Source: Candidatus Methylomirabilales bacterium (lineage in GTDB: Bacteria; Methylomirabilota; Methylomirabilia; Methylomirabilales; CSP1-5). From it: a DNA stretch of 56,776 nt. The position numbers and the translations under genes were made by a program. The notes beneath the pieces were generated by a model that was not told where the DNA came from, ran no database searches, and was given only the letters and a program-made list of their open reading frames with translations. Below, in pieces: positions 51,766 through 56,776 of the stretch. Numbering within the stretch: the stretch's first letter is position 1; the number at the start of each line of letters is the position of its first letter. The stretch is taken from NCBI GenBank assembly GCA_046758505.1, contig JBHIAH010000011.1:1-56776 (forward strand). The letters are read 5' to 3'.

Positions 51766-53756
51766 CGGGACCCTCTCACGGAGCGCGCCTCGCTTTGCAG
51801 GAGGAGGTTGCCCCGCCCGTCCACCGTTGCTGCCCAGCCCGCCGGAATAAGCGTGGTGGCGCTCATCTCCACCACCAGGGCCGGTCCGCCGATTCGGTTC
51901 GCCGCCCGCAAGGCCTCCCGCGTGAAGACCGGGGCCGAGATCCATCCGCCCTCGAGATAGATTTTCCTCTCCCCGACGCAGGCCGCTGTGGGATCCGCCG
52001 TCCCCTCCTCCACCCTCGTGAGCGCCGGCTTCTCCGTCCCCCCCCTCACCCGAAGCCGCACCGTCACGATCTCAGTCTCCCGGACCGGATTGGCAAACCC
52101 GTAACTCCGCCGGTGCAGCTCGTGAAACTGAGAGAGGAAGTCCCTGCCAAAGGGGACCCGAAGCTCGTAAGACTGCCCGAGGTAGCGCATATCCAGGGAG
52201 GCCTCCGTCGTGATCGATTCCTCGGCCACCCCCTCGTCCTTCATCTCGCGCAGCCCGTGGTCCTTCAGGAGACCCACCACGGCCTCGAGCTCATCGAAGG
52301 AGGCAGAGGACGTCCCCCGCAAGAGCGTCTTGGCGTAATCCTTGACGACATCAGCCACGAGCATTCCGTAGGCCGATAGCAGCCCCGCGTGGGGCGGAAC
52401 CAGCACCCCGGGGATTGCGAGCGACTGGGCCAGGGCGCAGGCATGCAGCCCCCCCGCCCCGCCAAATGAGACCAGGCAAAACTCCCGGGGATCACGCCCC
52501 CGCTCCACCGAAATGACCCGGATCGCCTTTTCCATGGCCGCGTTGGCCACCGTGATGACCCCTTCCGCCACCCGCAGGCGGTCCAGGCTCACCCGCCGGG
52601 CGAACGCCTCGATCGCCGCCTCGGTGCGCGCGACGTCGAGCCGCATCATTCCGCCGAGGAAGCGGTCCGGGTCCAGTCGCCCCAGTGTCAGGTGCGCATC
52701 CGTGACGGTGATCCCCTCTCCTCGCCCGTAACAGACCGGTCCGGGATCGGCCCCGGCACTCTGGGGACCCACGCGCAGGGCACCCCCTTCATCAATCCAG
52801 ACCAAGGAGCCACCGCCCGCGCCGACGGTATGGATGTCGAGGAGGGGAATCCGAAGCGGCAGGCCAGCCACCGCAGCCTCTGTGGTGATACCGAGATTGC
52901 CGTCAACGAGGGAGACATCCGTGGAGGTCCCCCCCATGTCAAACGTGATCACCTTGTCAAATCCGGCCTCCCGCGCAATGGCGGTGGCCCCCACCACCCC
53001 CCCCGCGGGCCCCGAGAGGATCGTCCGGATCGCCTCCTGGCGGGCCGTGGTTGCAGAGATACTCCCGCCGTTGGACTGCATGATTCTGAGACGTGCCGTG
53101 CCGATCGCGGCCTCCAGCCGGCCGAGATAGCGATCCATCACGGGTGAGACGTAGGCGTTCACCACGGTGGCCATGCACCGCTCGTACTCGCGATATTCCG
53201 GGTGGACCCGGTGCGAGGCGCAGACCGGAATGCCGAGCTCCATGGCCCGACGCAGGATTCGGGCCTCGTGACTCGGGTTGGCGTAGGAAAAGAGGAGACA
53301 GACGGCGATCGACTCCACCCCCTGAGCGGCCAGGTGGCCCAGGATAGGGCTGAGGTCCTCCTCCTCGAGCGGCTCGAGGATGTTTCCTCGACAGTCCACC
53401 CGCTCCCGGACACCCACGCGTAGGGTACGGGGCACGAGGACAGGGGGCCGGCCGACCATGAAATCGTAAAGCTGGGGCCGATCCTGGCGGCCGATCTCCA
53501 ACACGTCTTCGAATCCGGCGGTCGTGATCAGCGCAACCGCCGCCCCCTTCCGCTCGAGCAACGCATTGGTCGCGACCGTGGAGCCATGGACGACCTGGCA
53601 ACTCTCCCCACCCGACGCCTCGTCCGCAAGTCCGTCTAGCACGCCCCGGGCCGGGTCGGGAGGCGTCGAAAGGATCTTTCGGGTCCGGAGCTTTCCCTCG
53701 GTCACAAACACCAGGTCGGTGAAGGTGCCCCCCACGTCCACGCCGACCTTCCTCAT
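51762..53756 (-). CDS. hydantoinase A / 5-oxoprolinase subunit A (ATP-binding)
   Basis: GVDVGGTFTD, HGSTVATNALLE, SGPAGG, DMGGTSTD, GAGGGS, SAGADPGPVCY. Confidence 0.93.
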   Translation of the reverse strand: MRKVGVDVGGTFTDLVFVTEGKLRTRKILSTPPDPARGVLDGLADEASGGESCQVVHGSTVATNALLERKGAAVALITTAGFEDVLEIGRQDRPQLYDFMVGRPPVLVPRTLRVGVRERVDCRGNILEPLEEEDLSPILGHLAAQGVESIAVCLLFSYANPSHEARILRRAMELGIPVCASHRVHPEYREYERCMATVVNAYVSPVMDRYLGRLEAAIGTARLRIMQSNGGSISATTARQEAIRTILSGPAGGVVGATAIAREAGFDKVITFDMGGTSTDVSLVDGNLGITTEAAVAGLPLRIPLLDIHTVGAGGGSLVWIDEGGALRVGPQSAGADPGPVCYGRGEGITVTDAHLTLGRLDPDRFLGGMMRLDVARTEAAIEAFARRVSLDRLRVAEGVITVANAAMEKAIRVISVERGRDPREFCLVSFGGAGGLHACALAQSLAIPGVLVPPHAGLLSAYGMLVADVVKDYAKTLLRGTSSASFDELEAVVGLLKDHGLREMKDEGVAEESITTEASLDMRYLGQSYELRVPFGRDFLSQFHELHRRSYGFANPVRETEIVTVRLRVRGGTEKPALTRVEEGTADPTAACVGERKIYLEGGWISAPVFTREALRAANRIGGPALVVEMSATTLIPAGWAATVDGRGNLLLQSEARSVRGSR

Positions 53757-53960
53757 GTCTTCACCTCACGATTCGTGTAGGGGGGAAACCGCCGCAGGCC
53801 GCTCAAACTCCCTGCTCTGACCGAAAAGTATACCGTAGCAACGCGTATGCGGTCTAGAGCTAGCTTACGCAGGATCACCGCGAAGGCGGGCCTCAGGAAA
53901 GAAGCCGAACCGGGGGCGGCGCCAGAACACCGATCCCCTCCGATGGGGGTCCCGGGCGAC

Positions 53961-54812
53961 TCACAGAAGAGCGTGGGCTAAGTCTTCCTCGCGAAGATCG
54001 GTGAGAAACATGTGGCCGGGGGCATGGGTGATCATGAGGTCCGGCTTCGCGTGCATGGCGACCGCCTGCGGGGTGACGCCGCAGGCCCAGAAGACCGGAA
54101 TCTCACCCGAACGGATCGAGACCGCGTCCCCGAAGTGGGGTCGGTCTAGATCGGCAATGCCGATTGCCTCAGGCGCCCCCACATGCACGGGGGTCCCGTG
54201 AGCGAACGGGAACCGGGCGGTCACCTCTACCGCGCGGGGTATGAGGCGTGCCGGGATCGGGCGCATGGAGACCACCAGGGGTCCGGTGAACGCCCCGGCC
54301 GGCCGACAGGGCCGACTCGTGATGTACATCGAGACGTTCTTTCCCTCTTCAACATGCCGCACCGGGATGTCTGCCCGCTGGAGGGCGACATCGAAGGTGA
54401 AGCTGCAGCCCAAGAGAAAGCCCACCAGGTCTTCCCGCCAAACCGCTTTGAGATCGGTCACCTCCTGCGCCAACTCGCCGGTTCTATACACCCGGTATCG
54501 CGGAAGGTCGGTCCGAAGGTCGGCGCCTGGGGCAGCAGTCCGGGGCTCCGCGTCACCCGGATCCGTCACCTCCAGGAGTGGACACGGCTTGGGATTGCGG
54601 TGACAGAAGAGAAGGAAGTCGTAGGCCAGGGATTGTGGCAGGATCACCAGATTGGCCTGAACGTAGCCGTCCGCGCATCCGGCCGTGGGACCTCGCCATG
54701 CGCCGGTGCGGATCTTTTCCCGAACCTTTTGTGGATGGACATCCGAGTCCCGGCCTGTGGCGGCCGCCCGGGGCTCTCCTGCGGGCCGGGGCCCGGGTCG
54801 TGGCAATGTCAC
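53961..54812 (-). CDS. DUF1445 / YcsI-like putative hydro-lyase (D-glutamate cyclase N-terminal-like)
   Basis: QANLVILP, RNPKPCP, DLRTDLPRY, GCSFTF, VSMRP, FWACGVTPQ, THAPGHM. Confidence 0.9.
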   Translation of the reverse strand: MTLPRPGPRPAGEPRAAATGRDSDVHPQKVREKIRTGAWRGPTAGCADGYVQANLVILPQSLAYDFLLFCHRNPKPCPLLEVTDPGDAEPRTAAPGADLRTDLPRYRVYRTGELAQEVTDLKAVWREDLVGFLLGCSFTFDVALQRADIPVRHVEEGKNVSMYITSRPCRPAGAFTGPLVVSMRPIPARLIPRAVEVTARFPFAHGTPVHVGAPEAIGIADLDRPHFGDAVSIRSGEIPVFWACGVTPQAVAMHAKPDLMITHAPGHMFLTDLREEDLAHALL

Positions 54813-55234
54813 CTCACCCCTCGCCTCTTCTTGTTGATCACGATGGTGGTTCTGTACTGCCGGGTCTGGCCCCGCTCATCGGGGATCGTGAAGCCGCCGG
54901 GGAAGTGATTCACGCGAACCTCGAGGTCGGGCACGACTGCCCCCTTCCTGCCCCGGAGTACGAACCGGTGTGTCTCCGTCCCATCAGGCCTTTTGATGCG
55001 TTCGGGCTTCCTCCCGGTCTTCGCCCGATAAAACTGGACCACCGAAATGCTGAGATCATTCGAGCCAAAGAGATAGCGGGCCGCCGGCCCCTCGGTAAAA
55101 CTCCCGAGGAACGTAGCCTTGGGATATATGGGGACCCCGAGATCCGTTTGCGAAGGCCGCTTTCCGGCGTGAGCCGACACCCCCAGTAGCAGAAGCAGCA
55201 CGGCACTGGTGATATATCGCTGGGCGGACTTCAT
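54809..55234 (-). CDS. hypothetical secreted protein
   Basis: AGGAGG RBS; signal peptide ending SAHA; LGVPIYPKA...VVQFY pattern. Confidence 0.7.
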   Translation of the reverse strand: MKSAQRYITSAVLLLLLGVSAHAGKRPSQTDLGVPIYPKATFLGSFTEGPAARYLFGSNDLSISVVQFYRAKTGRKPERIKRPDGTETHRFVLRGRKGAVVPDLEVRVNHFPGGFTIPDERGQTRQYRTTIVINKKRRGVR

Positions 55235-55319
55235 CCCCTTCTCCTCCTTTCCCCGGTTGGAGGCCCGCCGAGAGGCCTGCGGCAACCGGGGGAGCACCCG
55301 GCGCCACCGAACCCAATCA

Positions 55320-55348
55320 AGCATAGGTCCAGGGTCGCTGCTTCGCAA
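55320..55348 (-). promoter_or_regulatory. putative sigma70 promoter
   Basis: TTGCGA-17 nt-TATGCT on the minus strand. Confidence 0.5.
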
Positions 55349-55534
55349 TTCTTTTTTCGAGGAGGGAAGTACACCGAACGGAGGATGAAGCGAAGGGACC
55401 GAGAAACAGGAGGCCCCGGTGAAGGCCTCAGCCGCTGGCGGCCGTTCACCCCTTCCCTTTCGGGCGGAGATGTGAAGATTTGAGGAGGCAGGCGTGACGA
55501 AGGGCCCCCTGGGCCCGCGAGCGCGGCAGGAGAA

Positions 55535-55804
55535 CTACCGGGGTCGCCGCACGCTTTCAGCCTCTGTCCGGCCCTGCACCGGCTGCACCGCCGCTGCCTC
55601 CCACCAGGCCGAGATGCGCCGCGGCCGGGTCATGACCGGCTGCCGCGTGTACACATCGAAGAGATTCTGGGCGCACTCGGGGCAGTAGGCGATGCCCTCA
55701 GGGGCATAGCCGCAAGCGGGGCAGCAGACCGCCCCACAGTGGAGACACCCCCATTCCTCCATCACCGACCGTAACGCTTGTCCACACCCACACATCCGAG
55801 CCAT
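55535..55804 (-). CDS. small 9-Cys zinc-finger-like protein (89 aa)
   Basis: TAAGGAGG RBS; CGC...CLHC...CCPAC...CPEC. Confidence 0.8.
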   Translation of the reverse strand: MARMCGCGQALRSVMEEWGCLHCGAVCCPACGYAPEGIAYCPECAQNLFDVYTRQPVMTRPRRISAWWEAAAVQPVQGRTEAESVRRPR

Positions 55805-55859
55805 CGAACCCTCCTTACTGGAAAGAGCCAGAGAACTAATCGATCGAGCCGACACGACC

Positions 55860-55892
55860 AAAAAAATGGGCCGCAGGGTTCCCCGCGGCCCA
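55860..55892 (-). terminator. intrinsic terminator T2 of the attenuator
   Basis: TGGGCCGCGGG-GAA-CCCTGCGGCCCA region forms a hairpin followed by T7. Confidence 0.85.
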
Positions 55893-55895
55893 AAT

Positions 55896-55933
55896 AAAAA
55901 AAGCCACGGGGCAGCTCATGTCTGCCCCGTGGC
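55896..55933 (-). terminator. intrinsic terminator T1 of the attenuator
   Basis: 12-bp stem GCCACGGGGCAG/CTGCCCCGTGGC, 7-nt loop, T7. Confidence 0.9.
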
Positions 55934-55961
55934 GAAATCCGACAGCCCGCAGTCTGTAGTA

Positions 55962-56039
55962 CTACGGGCCGTCCGCCCTAGGGCAGACGCCACGTACGGC
56001 TACTACTACTGCGGACATATGCACGAATCGAGTCACCAT
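55962..56039 (-). CDS. valine-rich attenuator leader peptide MVTRFVHMSAVVVAVRGVCPRADGP
   Basis: AAGGAG RBS; 7 of 25 codons are Val, including GTA GTA GTA GCC GTA; lies between the promoter and the terminators. Confidence 0.8.
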   Translation of the reverse strand: MVTRFVHMSAVVVAVRGVCPRADGP

Positions 56040-56059
56040 CAGCTCCTTCTGTGCCACCC

Positions 56060-56088
56060 CTTATACGATGCCTCTCCCTTCCTGTCAA
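56060..56088 (-). promoter_or_regulatory. near-consensus sigma70 promoter
   Basis: TTGACA-17 nt-TATAAG on the minus strand. Confidence 0.85.
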
Positions 56089-56249
56089 GCACTTTTTCAC
56101 CCGACCCCCCCCGGTGCCCATCATCCTCGAGATGAACCCTATTCGGAAGACACCCCGGTCGGCCGGGATAACAAAGATCGCAAGAACGGCGAGCGCACCT
56201 CCTCTCGGGACTGGAATCACGTCTGCTCTTGGCTCAGCTTTTGAGGAGA

Positions 56250-56776
56250 TCAGCGTGAGGGTCCAGAACAGGCCTTTTGGGAATAGTCGGCGGCGGCCCT
56301 GACGAACGCCTCAAATAACTTCAAGTGGCGTCGGTCCTGATCCGCCAGCCGCTCGGGGTGCCAGTGCACCCCAAGAACGAATGGACTACCAGAGACTTCA
56401 AATGCCTCGATCATGCCGTCGGAAGCAACCGCGCTCACCCGACAGGACTGATCGAGCGCCTTGACCAACTGATGATGCCGGCAGTTCACCGGCAATGATT
56501 CTTCTCCGACGATCCGATGCAGGATACTCCCTGGTGTGAGGCTTACCGAGGGCATCGTGTCACCCTCTTCCCACGTCCCCGCATGGATGTCGGCGGCGTC
56601 CTGGCAATAGGAGAGGTCCTGATACAGGCTCCCCCCCAACGCCACCGCCATGAGCTGCATGCCGCGGCAGACCCCCAAAACCGGCATCCCCCGCTCGAGG
56701 GCTCCCCGCAACATCTCGATCTCGAACAGATCCCGCTTTTCGTCAATGGCTCCGCACTTCTCAAGAACGATCTCTC
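56250..56776 (-). CDS. peptidase C26 / gamma-glutamyl hydrolase (PuuD-like), 5' end outside the window
   Basis: PVLGVCRGMQL nucleophile elbow, VNCRHHQ, GVHWHPE. Confidence 0.88.
   Translation of the reverse strand, partial: EIVLEKCGAIDEKRDLFEIEMLRGALERGMPVLGVCRGMQLMAVALGGSLYQDLSYCQDAADIHAGTWEEGDTMPSVSLTPGSILHRIVGEESLPVNCRHHQLVKALDQSCRVSAVASDGMIEAFEVSGSPFVLGVHWHPERLADQDRRHLKLFEAFVRAAADYSQKACSGPSR

Noticed and set aside
55250..55350. Possible 6S RNA or riboswitch upstream of the secreted-protein gene
   Set aside because: Explained by a sigma70-like promoter plus one GC hairpin (55251-55291); I recognised no diagnostic ncRNA motifs.
55860..56060. Metabolite riboswitch or T-box interpretation of the structured leader
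   Set aside because: No T-box or known aptamer consensus recognised; RBS, Val-rich uORF and alternative helices fit ribosome-mediated attenuation better.

Overview
GC-rich bacterial chromosomal window. Gene content tentatively suggests a Methylomirabilota/Rokubacteria-like or deltaproteobacteria-like organism (inference only). Left to right: end of a respiratory operon (4Fe-4S protein, NrfD/ActC-like membrane subunit, tetraheme cytochrome c); a sigma54 operon with a small Cys protein, a radical SAM/SPASM enzyme and a Crp/Fnr regulator; a peptidoglycan-binding lytic-type gene beside an inverted-repeat element; ntrBC; a split ADP-forming acyl-CoA ligase; DUF47/PiT phosphate transport; an accessory tract of orphan genes plus an HTH/ImmA-IrrE pair next to the RNase P RNA gene, with an RHS relic on the other side; ttuB/ttuA; trehalose genes, degQ and pfkA; an RND efflux system with frameshifted tolC; trmI; a Phd/VapC module bracketed by a 64-bp direct repeat; glnE with a P-II gene; glnB-glnA; galT; an oxoprolinase A/B cluster with split D-glutamate-cyclase domains; and a partial C26 peptidase. 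The most striking unannotated element is at about 55.5-56.1 kb on the minus strand: a sigma70 promoter, a valine-rich leader peptide and a ribosome-dependent attenuator with two apparently coupled terminators. It sits upstream of a 9-Cys zinc-finger-like microprotein gene, not an ilv gene. Heptamer-repeat arrays occupy many intergenic spaces, and two of them bracket a two-gene cassette as mirror images.
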